A program made the position numbers and the translations under genes. Positions 1 to 12,734 of a stretch of 64,000 nucleotides of DNA are shown piece by piece. This DNA is from Nymphon striatum (taxonomy: Eukaryota). Numbering within the stretch: the stretch's first letter is position 1; each line of letters opens with the position of its first letter. The stretch spans positions 216,216-280,215 of the forward strand of contig JABFOP010000807.1 of assembly GCA_016618385.1 (NCBI GenBank), read 5' to 3'. Under the pieces are notes generated by a model, which saw only the letters and a list, made by a program, of their open reading frames with translations, was not told the origin of the DNA and did no database searches.

Positions 1-108
1 TTCAAAGACAACTGGAGATTAGTGAGTGTGCACCTTCACTCTTAGGTTTTGTAGCATGTGAGGCTTGTTGTAATATTTATGTGTTTTTTTTTTTTTTTTT
101 TTTTGCAG

Positions 109-182
109 CGGGCAAGAAAACAACCCAGGAAGAAATAGAAAACATGCTTGAAACTGGGAATTTACAAGTTTTCACTCAAGAT
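109..182 (+). CDS. STX1: Syntaxin-1 exon (..GKKTTQEEIENMLETGNLQVFTQD), partial gene; upstream exons lie outside the window
   Basis: Translation matches the conserved syntaxin-1 segment just before the SNARE motif. An AG acceptor follows a poly-T tract at 107-108 and a GTAAGC donor lies at 183. Coordinates anchored to track ORF 81-311. Confidence 0.8.
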
Positions 183-270
183 GTAAGCTCTTTTTCTTTA
201 TCCTTATTTTTTTACTTTTATCTAAAGTTAGTAGTGTCCAATAATATCTGTTATAAATTATTTTCCACAG

Positions 271-408
271 ATAATGATAGAAACTCAGCAAGCAAAACAA
301 ACGTTGGCTGATATTGAAGCTCGTCATAATGACATCATTAAACTGGAAAACAGTATTCGAGAATTGCATGATATGTTCATGGATATGGCCATGTTAGTAG
401 AAAGTCAG
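271..408 (+). CDS. STX1: Syntaxin-1 exon encoding the SNARE (H3) motif: [46 protein letters not shown]
   Basis: Near-identical to the animal syntaxin-1 SNARE motif. Acceptor ttttccacag, donor gtatgt, phase 0. Confidence 0.9.
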
Positions 409-617
409 GTATGTTAATATTGAAGTTATTTTGTACTTTTTTACATGCTAGAACATTTTTAAACAAGTGTAGATTATCCCATCAAATAAACTTTTTTCTT
501 CCTTTCATTCTTATAAAATCTTGGCACCAAAAATCTCAATATACATGTTATCAGAAATTAAATTATCTCTTGGTGTGAATAATAGTCAATGAAAGTCCTT
601 AAAAATCACATTTTTAT

Positions 618-990
618 TCTCACCTAGGTCGTCTGCGGACGATTTGGCGCCTTGCCATAAGTCGCAAATGATTGGCGACAGGAACCGCATCGCAATGTTG
701 ACACTGTGCGAAGGCTCCCTGCGCATGCGCTATAGTCTGAGAGTTCAACAAGGAATCTCTTAGCTCTGCCCTGACACGCTCGAGGCCCGCACGATATCGT
801 TGCACCGACTAGACGGGATTCTGACTTGGAGGCATTCAGTCATTATCCTGCGGATGGTAGCTTTGCACCACTGGCCGCTCGACCAAGCACATGTACCAAG
901 TGTCCGAACCTGCGGTTCCTCTCTTACTGAGCAGGATCACTATCGCAACGATCGGTCATTGGTAGCTACGGCTAACCTGTTCAGATTTGC
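618..990 (-). rRNA. Fragment derived from the 3' domain of large-subunit (28S-type) rRNA, diverged; a pseudogene or retroposed copy inside a syntaxin intron
   Basis: The minus strand reads ..GATCCTGCTCAGTAAGAGAGGAACCGCAGGTTCGGACACTTGGTACATGTGCTTGG..AAGCTACCATC..GATAATGACTGAATGCCTCCAAGTCAGAATCCCG... This is collinear with the universally conserved sarcin-ricin-loop region and the downstream helices of eukaryotic 28S rRNA. The segment is a roughly 55% GC island in AT-rich surroundings and has no long ORF. Confidence 0.7.
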
Positions 991-1577
991 AAATTTGCAT
1001 GAAATATGTGAATTACTTTTTTAACCATATATTTTGTTTCATTCACTTGCCTTCAGTTCTTTTTTTATTAGCATGTTTAGCATTGTCCAAATAGAAATAA
1101 TTTCTAAGGTTCCTAACATGGAATGCACGTCCGAAAAATTATAATATAATGAAACATTACGATAATGGTCCTTTAAAACTATTAGATTTAAGCATTGAAA
1201 GTCCTCAAAAGTCCATAAATTTTGCTTCCAGTTTTAAGTGGGTGAAATTAAGGTAATTTAAATTATTACTACCCTTAAGTAAATGTGAGTAAATGACATG
1301 AAGGAAATATAAATAGGATAGACAAATTTTCACAAGCCTGTAGATTTCTTTCTTTTTTCATCAAATATATCATTCTTGAAAGTTTTGGAGATTCATTAGA
1401 AATTGCATTTCGATTAAGGTGTGTAGTCACTTTTAATGTTTGTGTTAATCCTTTTGTCAGTTTAGTAAAACACAGTCTCAAGTGTCACAAAATAATCAGT
1501 TAGACCATTTTTGGGCTTTAAAAGGATGTTCAGGTTTCAACAAAATCTGATATTCAAGCTTTATCAATTTATCATCA

Positions 1578-1919
1578 TCATGGTTCAAGGATCTTTTTCG
1601 ATCTTATGATGCATTCCCGCCACTTCGTTCGGCATTGACAAAGTCGGATGACTTCTGCAGTAGATTTTCCTGTCCATTTAGTGACGTTGGTCAACCACCA
1701 ACTCCTTGGTCGACCGCTTGGTCTCTTTCCTTCTATTCGTCCCTCTAATAATTTCTTCTGCAGCGTGTCATGTCTCTGTATATGTCCAAAGTATTCTAAT
1801 TTTCGTCTTCTTACCATTGAAACTAGTTTTGTCTTGTTGATTCTTACCATCCTAAGTACCTCTTTATTGGTCTTTCTCTTGGTCCATGGAACTCTTTGCA
1901 TTCTTCTATAAAACCACAT
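1578..1919 (-). mobile_element. RTE-like LINE, 3'-terminal reverse-transcriptase fragment
   Basis: The 113-aa ORF shows the typical non-LTR RT C-terminus (..YRRMQRVPWTKRKTNKEVL...YFGHIQRH...GKRPSGRPRSWW..). It is similar to the plus-strand LINE fragment at 14679-15047. A CAT-rich tail lies at the 3' end. Confidence 0.6.
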
Positions 1920-2224
1920 TTCCAGCGCCTCGATTAACTTTCATAATCGTGTGTTGGGAATACTAACTACGGGAGTTAGACGTGGTAGGGTCCCCATCCT
2001 TTCCACGGGATATCAATTAGAAAATAATAAATGTTAGTGGTTGCAAAGTAAAGAATAATATTTTACAACCTAAACAATCCACAAATTCTTTAAGAAGAAC
2101 ATTTTCCCAATGTTTGTGTTTGGGAAATAGAGGAGATTTGTGTGCAAAAATAAAATATACATTTTAATTTTTAAACATAATATTTATTACTTAAATGTAT
2201 TTTGTAACATGTACTTTTTGTTAG

Positions 2225-2335
2225 GGTGAAATGATTGATAGAATTGAATATAATGTGGAACATGCTGTAGATTACATAGAGACTGCAAAACAAGACACAA
2301 AGAAAGCTGTGAAATATCAAAGCAAGGCTAGACGA
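2225..2335 (+). CDS. STX1: Syntaxin-1 exon: [37 protein letters not shown]
   Basis: Conserved C-terminal half of the syntaxin-1 SNARE motif and the juxtamembrane KARR region. Acceptor ttag, donor gtaagt, phase 0. Confidence 0.9.
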
Positions 2336-2865
2336 GTAAGTGACATTTTTTTCAATAATTTATATACTGTTTATTAATATATTATTGTAAAGTGGTCGGA
2401 CACCATGGGAACTTTCAAACTTTTAATTTCATTTCACCTGTTTAATTTCATTAATTTTTTTTATTTGAAATTTTCTTAAAATTTATTTTTATCTACCTGT
2501 GGCTCTTAACCCATGGACATTTGTGTGATATTTGTTGTACACTCTTTGCCTATGTGAATATTGTTTTAAATACATATTTCACATTTAAATAATACAAGAC
2601 AAAAAAAGTTACATCAGTTAAACACTCTCTGTTGCTTACAAACTGAAATTCAGTGTGAAAATTGACTAGAAAACATTGGCCTTATTTTTGAACATCAAAG
2701 TGTTGTATTAAGTTCTTTTCAGTAAGACTGAATGAGTAAATGGGTCACAAAGTGGAAATCAATGCAGATTTGAAAACTAAATTAATTTAGCATTGGTGAC
2801 ATTAAAAAAAAAAAAACCTTGAAATCTAATTGATCTAATCACATTACTGGAAATTGCATATATAC

Positions 2866-3305
2866 AGGGTTCGTACGCGTCCTGGAAAGTCCTGAAATTT
2901 CATTTTAGTTTTTAAAAGTCCTTAAATGTCCTTAAAAATTCTCTGCTACTTCTGAAAAATCTTGAAAATAGAGGATATATGGTAGTAGTTTTCAACTTAA
3001 AATCAGCAAATGATTTTTAAACAAGGCTGAACAGAAAAGGGACTGAAGTCTTAGGTGTATTGCTAAAGCTAATAACCTCCGACACTCAGCAAAGGATAAG
3101 GAATTGTTAACAGATTTACAGGGCACATTTATTTAATAGTCGAAATAGGAATATGGAGGACGACTCAGAATGAGTCTTAAAAGTATCATTGGGTCGTTAA
3201 ACCCAACAAAACAAAATCTATCTAAGATTAAAGGGAAAGATTAGTCCTTAAATGTCCTGAAAAGTCCTGGAAAATGATACCCAAGTAAGTGTGGGAACCC
3301 TGTTA
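2866..3305. mobile_element. MITE family A, copy 1 (about 440 bp), with terminal inverted repeats CAGGGTTCGYAC..GTGGGAACCCTG
   Basis: A near-identical copy lies at 41704-42172. The inverted termini are seen directly in the sequence. Flanks ataTA/tTATA are consistent with a roughly 5-bp target-site duplication. Confidence 0.7.
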
Positions 3306-4209
3306 TAGAAGGTAGGATAGCCGAATGGATCTTTCACTTGTGAGGGGTCTAGTTATTGATCCAGGTACGAATTTTATTCAAACCTTCCATCTTTCATTCA
3401 TTCTTTACCTTGTGTATTATTGTACATCCCTCTCTGTTACTAGATACATGTAAGATGGTGGTAAATGTCAGATGTCAGAATTTTAAAAGGCCAAATGTCT
3501 CAATTCAAAAAAATTTTAAATGTCAAAATTACTGAACATGAGTAGTGGTTATCACCGAATGTAAATAAACCGGCAAAACACAAATAATGTAACCAAATGG
3601 TATAAATCGCATATAATATCTCATATCAGATGGTCAAATCGAAATTAGAATGAATAATCGTTTGTCAGGTCTAAAAAATTGATATCAGTCATCATGTGGA
3701 AAAACGTATGTCTGACTTTATTTTAGAGTAAAAATCGAATATCGAATGTGAAATAGGTCCAATATCAGCTATCGAAAAATCCCTTTACCCCTCTCGTGTA
3801 AAGACTTAAGTATTTGTCTACATGACCTTTATAGTCATTCATAGTTTTTGCCTCAACGGCAGCCTCGATGGCCTTTCGTAATAGTATTACTAATTACAAA
3901 AAAGGCTTCAGTTCTTTTTTTGTTTTTTTTTTCTTTTTTTTTTTATTTTTTTATTATTTTTTCTTTTTAAATGTTTTTAATGTGGAAGTAAGCGGCTCTA
4001 TTATGAAATATGGCGGCTATTTTAGCCGCTAGCTGCCTTCAAACGACATGACATGCCTGATCTTAGAGCCATAAGGATAATTTCAGTTGTTTTTCTTTTT
4101 GTTTTTAATTTACTGTTTATTTGAATTATACTTTGTTGATTTATTTTCTTTCCATGTTTTTTTTATAATTTTGTTTTTTTTAGTTTCATTTGTTTATAAT
4201 TTTTTACAG

Positions 4210-4299
4210 AAAAAGATAATCATCGCACTTATCATCATTGCCATACTAGGAATACTGATACTTATAATCGCGCTTTCTGTAAATGGGTCTTCGAATTGA
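4210..4299 (+). CDS. STX1: Syntaxin-1 terminal exon, variant 1: transmembrane anchor KKIIIALIIIAILGILILIIALSVNGSSN followed by a stop codon
   Basis: KK followed by a hydrophobic stretch of about 22 aa, in phase 0 after exon 2225-2335. Acceptor ttttttacag; stop TGA at 4297-4299. Anchored to track ORF 4087-4299. Confidence 0.8.
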   Translation, partial: KKIIIALIIIAILGILILIIALSVNGSSN

Positions 4300-5866
4300 A
4301 GAGTTTTTCCCCATAGGTTTTATTTCTTATATATGTTAATACAACATTATTGAAAATATCCTGTAAAATAAAATCATACTCTAATTATTTTATTTTTTTT
4401 TATGTTATTGAACCATGTTTGAAAAGATATGGGAGTATTTATTAAAAGAGAAATAAGTTAGCATTTGTTTATGACAAATCGATTGTATAAAATGAATAGA
4501 TGTAAATAGTCCAAAGAAATTGTAAATAATTAAAACTATTTTGAAAAACAGATTAGTAAAATTTTTGTTTATGTAATTTGTGTATATTTTTAAGTATCGG
4601 AGAATATTTGAGGAAAGTAGCATATTTTTTGAAAAAATTTTACATGTCCTAATTTATGCATGTCACTGTATATTTATTTTTGTCAATTGCATCATATCAT
4701 TTTTAGCGACAGAAATATCAAAATCTCTTGCCTGCTGTCAATTTTCCATAGTCATCTTATCTTTGCTTTCATTTATTAGTAGTATTATTATTTTATTATT
4801 TTTTTTTGTTTTTTTTTTTTTCAATTTACTTTTTATCTTTGTCCATTTATTTTATTTATAGCAAGTTTTGTTATGTTTGACCAATTTCGTTGTAACTCCA
4901 AACATTAACCCTTAAACGGCAAATTATCCTGCTCTATATTTCGGTTAACCTAATAATAAAATCGTGAATGACTTGGTAAAAGCTCCACTATTTGTTATTA
5001 TCACACATACTCATCAATAAATCAAATTCAGGGCATGTTTTTCCTTTTTTCTATATGATTTTGTTAGAAATTGATATTGAGCCAAAGATATAAATACGTT
5101 TTGCCTCTTTTTTTCAAATACTGGTATATTTTTATATCTGTGGTGACCTAACGAACATTCCCGCTGTTTAAGGGTTAATCATGGGCTAATGTATGTAAAG
5201 GTAACCAACTATGATCAAAATGTTTTTATTCTAAAATTGTTATTAAATTAATGAACAATAAATCAAATTTTTAAAGAGAATATTCTATTTTTTTATTTTT
5301 ATTTTTTTTTCTAAGATATGAAACTCTCCTATTTTTGTTATCACGTTTGATACATTTATTACTGCAAAAAATTGGAATATTTGCTGATAGTCCATTGTAT
5401 TCCCTTGTGAAGTGTGTAGATTTTTTTTAGATTTAAGGATATTCAAAGGGTGTGATATTCAATATTATATATTAGCATTTTTTTTTTTTTTTATTATTGT
5501 TATTATTTTGAAAAGATTAATGAAAATTCTTTTGCAGACTCCCAACTCTAGTTTTAAGGGACAATTATTAAAATGGGTTTGATGATCATATTAATTATTT
5601 ATGTGAAATAGATTTTTTCTTAATTGCAAAATTGCCCCAAAATCTTGAGAAATTGGTATTTTTTATTGTACTGCAATAGTTAAGTGTGATTAATTATACT
5701 TATATTTTCTTCATGAATTTTATTAAGATACATAGTCATAGTAACTAGTGATATTTTTTTATATATTTATTAAATTTTTATATATTTATATATTTATTAA
5801 ATTTTGTAATGAGTTTTAAGATGTGTTGTTTGATACTGATGCTGTTCATTTATTTAATCTTTGCAG

Positions 5867-5947
5867 AAGAAGATCGCGATTATGATCTGCCTCATTATAC
5901 TTGTCATTGTACTAGTATCAATTTTTGGATCATTCTTTGGAATGTAG
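5867..5947 (+). CDS. STX1: Syntaxin-1 alternative terminal exon, variant 2: transmembrane anchor KKIAIMICLIILVIVLVSIFGSFFGM followed by a stop codon
   Basis: A second KK-plus-transmembrane cassette in phase 0, with a strong acceptor (ttcatttatttaatctttgcag) and a TAG stop at 5945-5947. Anchored to track ORF 5809-6054. Alternative transmembrane exons are known for syntaxins. Confidence 0.65.
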   Translation, partial: KKIAIMICLIILVIVLVSIFGSFFGM

Positions 5948-8766
5948 ACTATGTTCATCACATCTCTTTCAACTTTGTTTCCAACTCCGTCTTGTTATTG
6001 GACATTCTGTTTGATTGTGTCAATTTCTCTCGCTCTGCTGTAACTCAATCATAAAGCATTGCAATGACAATATTACAGAGAAAATTTGACTAACATCAAA
6101 GAAATGTGTTTTCCTCCCCCTCTCCAATCCCTGTCACAATCAACCAAACCAGACCGTTTATAGCATATATAAACTGTTTTACTATTATCTAACTGCGTTT
6201 ATCAGAAAATTCCTACCTTTTATTTGCTTCAACCTTTTTGGCTTCAAGTTAAAACTTAGCAATAGTTCATTAAATTCCTAGCTATTAAACTTATAACAAA
6301 TGAAAATATATGTATATGAAATGTGTAAGCTAATCAAGCTTGCAATGTGAAATTTAATTATGTAAATACTTTAAAATTCTAATTGATACTGCCACTAAAT
6401 GCTAAGTTTGATATGAAAGTATAATTTTGGAATAATTAAGGCAGTTGTGAACAGTGGAGCCTGAGGAACATTGGACTCAACGTCTCCTATACCATTATTA
6501 CTGAAAATTTATTCATTTGAACTTTTGGAAATTGTGATAGCAGTATCTGTTACCAGATGTTTCTTCCTTTCCATTTATTTGAAGTTTCGTTCTTCCCATT
6601 TCATGAGAAAGTCATTCCAAAAGTTAATAGAAATATTTGTGGCCAGTCCGTAGTAACGTATTGGTTGATAGGACATTTTTTTATATTTTGTTGATCAACT
6701 ACAGCCATTCCTTCATGAAAAGCATAACCAGAAAAGATTTGCCATTTGCAATGGGCAATGATGAAACTCCCCTTCGCCTGGCTTATGAGTGATATGTACA
6801 TGTTCTGGGTGCCTCCATTTTTAAGTATACTAATTTAGCAATAATCAATTTTTTCACATGTTCGTTTATGTGATCTTTCCTCTGAATAATTTGTTATTTG
6901 CTGAACCATCATTCCATTTGTAATGTATAGTTTTATCACGATCATCAAAAATTATAACCACATACATATATAAATATACATACATCTTTATTATTATTAT
7001 TGCATCTTAGAGGTTGCTTCTTTTAGAAGGACATAGTGAGGAAAAAATAAAAACTGTTAAAAGTACTCCCCTCAGTTGCTCAAAGAATTCTTTTTAAATC
7101 CACACAAACGTACATTTCTAACCTTTCTTGCACATTTTGAATTGTGCATTAATGTGATTCTCTCAAAAATTGAGTAACCATTAAAATTTTAACAAGTTTC
7201 TTTTTCAATATAATTATTCTGGATTCTTATTTTCAGAATTGTTTTATTCATAATTTATGATTTTCATATTAATATCTATTTTTGTAATATTTACATGTGC
7301 TACTACTACTTTAGGGTAGGAAAATACAGGCAGTTTTGGCTTTTTCAAAATTATGGTCTTGTCCCTATCATTAGCAGATCTTAATAATGGCTGTATTTTG
7401 AACTGGTCTATTTTTGGATTCATCGTGAAGTAGGGTTTGCACTACCAACAACATATTTTATTTAGTCTTGAAGCCTTTATGTTACTAACAAGAACTTACA
7501 AACATTTAAGCCATAGTGAGAGTGTGGTACACAATGTCTTGATTTACGCTATCCTGAATCATTATTAGCAGCAGTTGGAAACGGTACGTAACATGGTTTC
7601 AATTACCATTGTTGCAGATTCAAAATGAAATCCACTTATGTTCATTTACATAATTGGGACATGTGACTTTTATCATATTTTTGAATCAACTACAATAGTT
7701 TCCAACAGCATGCTGGTTCTCAGCCATTTTCTAATTAGACGCAGGTTAATTTTGTGATGTAAAGAGCTGAAAGGTCGTATTTATTGACACATGCTTGGTA
7801 CTCAAAGTTGCTTGATAATCCATAAAATGAACCTGGCTTAACTGAGTGTCGTGCACTTTTTTCTATATCCGAGAAAAAAAAATGACACCAAAAAAAAATT
7901 ATTCTTACTTAATGTTACTGAAAATCTGTAACATTATTTTGTTTATATTTTCTATTCTTTTAAGCACTAAATCTTCAAATTGATGACAATACTGCATCCC
8001 AAAATATTGAAAAGTTAGATTTTTGCTGTATATGTGGCGATATTGCCTATTTTTCCTACCCAGATTTCTTTTTTAATATATTCAAGTTACTCATCCCCCA
8101 ACCCCTTTATATTTTGTATACTCAGTGGATCATGCTAAAATCAAAAAATTATTTTTATCATTATTAATTTCAAGTTTGATGTATTGTGTCTTGACTAATT
8201 CAATTTTTCAGGCTGAGTTTTGCAAAAAAAAAAAAAAAGTTTTAAAATCTAGTATTAATTACACCGATAAAATGCTTTGTGTTATCTCTAATTAAAGTGC
8301 TCTGAATTTAATTAATATAGATCAACTCTGGAAAAAAATTTACTTATTATACATGGGATAGTGCCTGAAGTTTAGATGTCCCTTAAAGTGAGCATTTTTT
8401 AACTCATAAAGTTTCCCAAACCCAAAGTATATTAACATTTCATCAGATCTTCTTGTTCGCTGGATGTAATAGCTTCATCAATTGATAAGCAATACTCGGT
8501 TTTAACCAAACTTTATTTCATGAATTTATCAAAAGAAACTCACTATGTTGTCGATATAGTCATTTTGTGATTGAATTCAATGTCGCTGTTTCAGCTATTA
8601 ATGCTTGTAACTATTTCATTTCTTTCAAATCAAAGAACTTTTATAAGTTTAACCAAATAAGAATATTTAATGTTTACTTTGAGAATCATATTAATACTTG
8701 AAACTTAAATTATATGAAGTACGAGGATGTGCACTTTGGTGATAATATACTTTTAAGATTATTATA

Positions 8767-8795
8767 TATATATGTATGTATGTATGTATGTATAC
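8767..8795. repeat. (TATG)n microsatellite
   Basis: atgtatgtatgtatgtatgtat seen directly. Confidence 0.8.
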
Positions 8796-9348
8796 CTTTT
8801 TCTTATTTTATGTACAAATATATTCATCTATTCATCCTTCTTTCAAATATATGATTTGCAATTTATTGAATTGAATGATTTAGAAGAGGAAAAATGATAT
8901 CGTGTATATCCATATATGTCAAAATGTAGTTCAAAGGAAAGTTGTTTTTTTTTTTTCCTAATATGTTGCACAATCGCAATTTTCAAAATTTCCAAAAACG
9001 ATATTCCTTAAAGCTGGTTAGAGTGGTCTAGCCATTGAAAACAAAAAGTACTGCAAAGACCAACGATTAAGTGATCACAAAAGATAAAGCAGTGTTTGAT
9101 AATTATTAATATATATTGGCTCAAATCCAAATTGAGTTAAATAAACATTAAAATGTAATGGCCACAAAAGAAAGAGAATATCTGTTGTCATTATTAAGAT
9201 ATATTTTTTTAAATCATGGCAGAGCGCCTGTAAGTGACATTGATTATGAATGTCTGATATTGGGGAGCATTTTTCTTTTAGAATGTCAATTTTAAAATGA
9301 AATGATCCAATTTTTGGTTATTTACTTGAGGATTTAATACATAAAAAC

Positions 9349-9607
9349 AGGGTTTCCACTGGACCTTATATTTTTTTGGCCACAATTATCCCAAACAATT
9401 TTTACGCATGGGGGGAGGGTTCGTATCCCCCTCTCGACCTCAAATTTTTTTTGTTTAGCTGTATTGATATACACTATTTTAAGCATATCTAGCACTTTTA
9501 TGGTGGCCAGATCGAGATGTTTAGTAAAGAGAAATTTCGTGTATAAAAAAACGACTGTTTACGGCAAATCATTTTTTCGCCTTTGGCGAATGGCAGCGGA
9601 AACCCTG
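9349..9607. mobile_element. MITE (about 260 bp) with terminal inverted repeats CAGGGTTTCCACTG..CAGCGGAAACCCTG, related to family A
   Basis: Inverted termini sharing the CAGGGTT start, flanked on both sides by AAAAA (candidate 5-bp target-site duplication). Confidence 0.55.
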
Positions 9608-12599
9608 AAAAATGAAATGCAGGAGTACTGCTTGTAATTTATTTACGTGCACCAGTAGATCTTACAAATTTTGAATCTGATAGCTTCCAAGTACATTTCG
9701 TACTTGAAAAACTTGCAAGTTAAAAAAAAGGATCTTCAAACTAATTGATTCATGTGTAAATATCACAACTTGATCAGGCATACTAAATAAATAAGAAAGA
9801 AAATGGTTATTTGCCAAAAATATGTATTTGTTAAAAAATCTTGGCACTAACTAGTTGGAAATTTTTATTTGTTACCAAAAAATTGGTGGAGAATTTCTTT
9901 CATTTTATATAGATATACACGATTTTATTATTAAGGAACTTTAATTCATGTATAAAATATAAATACACTTTATCATCAGTTGAAAGGTTTTAGATCCTGT
10001 GATAATTGAAACGTACATAGTTAATATGTACATGCATATTACCTTTCATTCATTTTCACTAACAATAATTTGTTATGGTTATTTGAATTGTGCATTTAAA
10101 AATTTATTAAGCCTACCATTTTTCCATCATAAGAAGAATTTAATCAACGTGTTTTACCTATAGTTATAAGAAAAAACATTTTTATCAACCGTTTTAGGCT
10201 AGTGTGTCTGCAAACGATATTGACCGATTCTCTGAATTCAGGTAAGCTATGGTAACCATGATAATGGTGATCATAGCTTCATATTTGATGAGAAACTTCG
10301 ATGTAGCAAATTCTCAATGTGAAAAAAATATAAATAAATAAAAAAGTAATAAAATATATGTTTCAAAAAAATATTCCACTTATAAGAAATTAAAATATGT
10401 GTAACAAAAACATATGTCTCCATTTTTTCATTCCAAATTTCATTACTAACACTTGACAAAACCATTATTAGACCTTGCTCATTGTAGTGCATGAATTTGT
10501 TATCCACCAAGTTTTAACTATGAAATGCTAATGGTTTGGTGGGAGTAAAAATTGAAAAATCGAGCCAAAATCCTTCTGCAGCTTGTGCTCACAACCAGAG
10601 TTACCATATTGGCTTCTTTTCGTGGTTGTTGGCATCCAAAATTTATTTTTTGCTTATTTCTTGGCTCTTTTCAGAGATATTTTTTAAGATATATAAATAG
10701 TTCAAATTTACACAATATTCTCTTATATGTGCGATATGCCCAATTATTTGCAAGGATTCAATTTTGCACATGCGCAAATATGACTATGATGTCATTATAT
10801 CATAAAAATTCTGTTTTGGCGTGTTTTTAGATTGAATTTGGCCTATTTGTTACCAGGCTATCTAGCAACCCTGCTCACAACCTAGGCAAAACTTCATAAA
10901 CCATTCCATTCTTTAGGAAAAAGCTGCCTTATGAAGAGGATAAGTATTAAAGATGGATAGTATAATATTATTCTCACAACTAAGTCTACTGCTGAACAAA
11001 GGTCTTTCTTAGAAATCTCCATTTGTCTCTACATTCAATATATCTACACATTTTACCTGCAAAAAAGGTTGATTAGGCAGTTGGATGGCCTTAAACATTG
11101 AAAACTTTTACTAAAATAGATTGAAAAATCTTGGTCATTGTATCACTCCAATCTAGTTGAACCTAGAGTTTGAGGGATCATCACCTGTGGCATTTCCAGC
11201 CAATTCATTAGATAATACTCTGATGAGCACTTGGAATTTCACAACTTTGAACACCATAAAATTTTGAAATGTAACATTACATGGCTACTTTTCATATCTT
11301 CAATTAATAACCCTAATTTGCATGTTGAGAAGTTTTTGAAAATCTTTTACAGTCCTGATTACATTGATAGGAGTTGATTATAAAAAGTTGACAGTCAAGG
11401 ATGTGGCCTTGTATTTTATCAACTAACTAACAAGAGAAAAAAAGTTCAAATATTAAAATGTATATTGTTATTTTATTGCGTTATCTCGCATATTCATAAA
11501 ATTTCTATAAAAAATATAAATTAAATCAAATGCTTGAGAGAACTTTTTAGTGAAACTAAATACTGCAAAATCAACTGAGCTGAGCTCTGCAAGTTTGTAA
11601 AAATATTAGAAATTTATTGTAAACAAAATCATAAGTAATTTCTTCTGGCACCCAATACTAAAGAACTTTCCAACTTTATTCTTGTTTAAACTTTACTTTA
11701 ACTACAATCTACAGCTTGTCAAAATTAAATTACTGTAGTACTAAATTAACCCATTTGGTTGAGGGACTTTTAAAATTAATGGTGATCACCGTAACATTGA
11801 TATCTATTGAAAGCTAAAATACACTACAATATATATACAATCCCTGGTCAAACTTTGGTGTCAAACCCAGCCAATTTTGAACCTAATCCATGACTTCCTC
11901 CATTTCAAAGCATTGGGTTACCAGCCATATCTTCAAGATGAAAAGTTAACTATTTTGCACTATTTGTTTTGACACCAATGAGAAGCTCATGGATAAAGTC
12001 CACAACATCAATTAGCTGGGTATTTTGGAAGCATCATTCTTTGGTTGGTAAAACAAAACCTAGAGGCAATTAGTGTCTGCCTGAATCTGGTTGGCAACAT
12101 TGTACTAGTTAATTCAGTCTTTTATGGACTATTTTATGAAATGAATTTTTTCATATCAAATACTGCACGTTTCAACACGCCAAGGGACGATATCCAGCAT
12201 TCAACCAGAGGTGTAGAAGATGTAATGCGATTGGACATTTTCAGAAATCACGATTGTGCAGGCGACAGCGATCGACCGACGAGATCACAGGTGAGGATGC
12301 AGCGGACAGAGGTGGCACTTCAACGCCAACAGATTATATCACAGTGGCAATTAATCAAAAGACTTGGAAGAGATTATTTACCTACTTTACAAAAAGTTAA
12401 AAGCACATTTGAAAATATATGCTGTTGACAACAATTGATGGATTAATGCATAAAAATCAAAAAATGCATTAAATAGTTAAAATTAAATTATACAGTACTT
12501 AAATTTTTGAAAATTCAACAAAATATTAATGTTTCTCTCAAGCATTCAATGTACCTAAGTTTCAGATCTCATATTACATAATATTTTAGCTTGACTATA

Positions 12600-12734
12600 T
12601 CATTGTCCAGGAGATGGGCATAAATCCTTTTTGTATTTCTTGTTACCATGAGGGAAAGCTGCAGGGGTTATAAGATCTTCTTTGTAATTTCCATCACTAA
12701 ATAAACCTCCTTCAGGTCCATGATGAGCATAACT
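12600..12734 (-). CDS. Candidate terminal exon of an unidentified minus-strand gene (..SYAHHGPEGGLFSDGNYKEDLITPAAFPHGNKKYKKDLCPSPGQ, then stop)
   Basis: A polypyrimidine tract plus CAG acceptor on the minus strand and an in-frame stop. Part of track ORF 12600-12875. Belongs with the spliced exon set at 17511-20355. Confidence 0.3.
   Translation of the reverse strand, partial: SYAHHGPEGGLFSDGNYKEDLITPAAFPHGNKKYKKDLCPSPGQ

Noticed and set aside
4087-4861. ORFs 4087-4299 (upstream part), 4405-4623 (minus) and 4580-4861 that encode poly-F/I/L peptides
   Set aside because: These are products of AT-rich, T-homopolymer intron and UTR sequence and show no splice-consistent structure. Only the 4210-4299 portion is real (the syntaxin transmembrane exon).
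12045-12428. 127-aa plus-strand ORF with locally higher GC content
   Set aside because: No recognisable domain and no splice signals or start-codon context. Probably a chance ORF or part of an unrecognised repeat.
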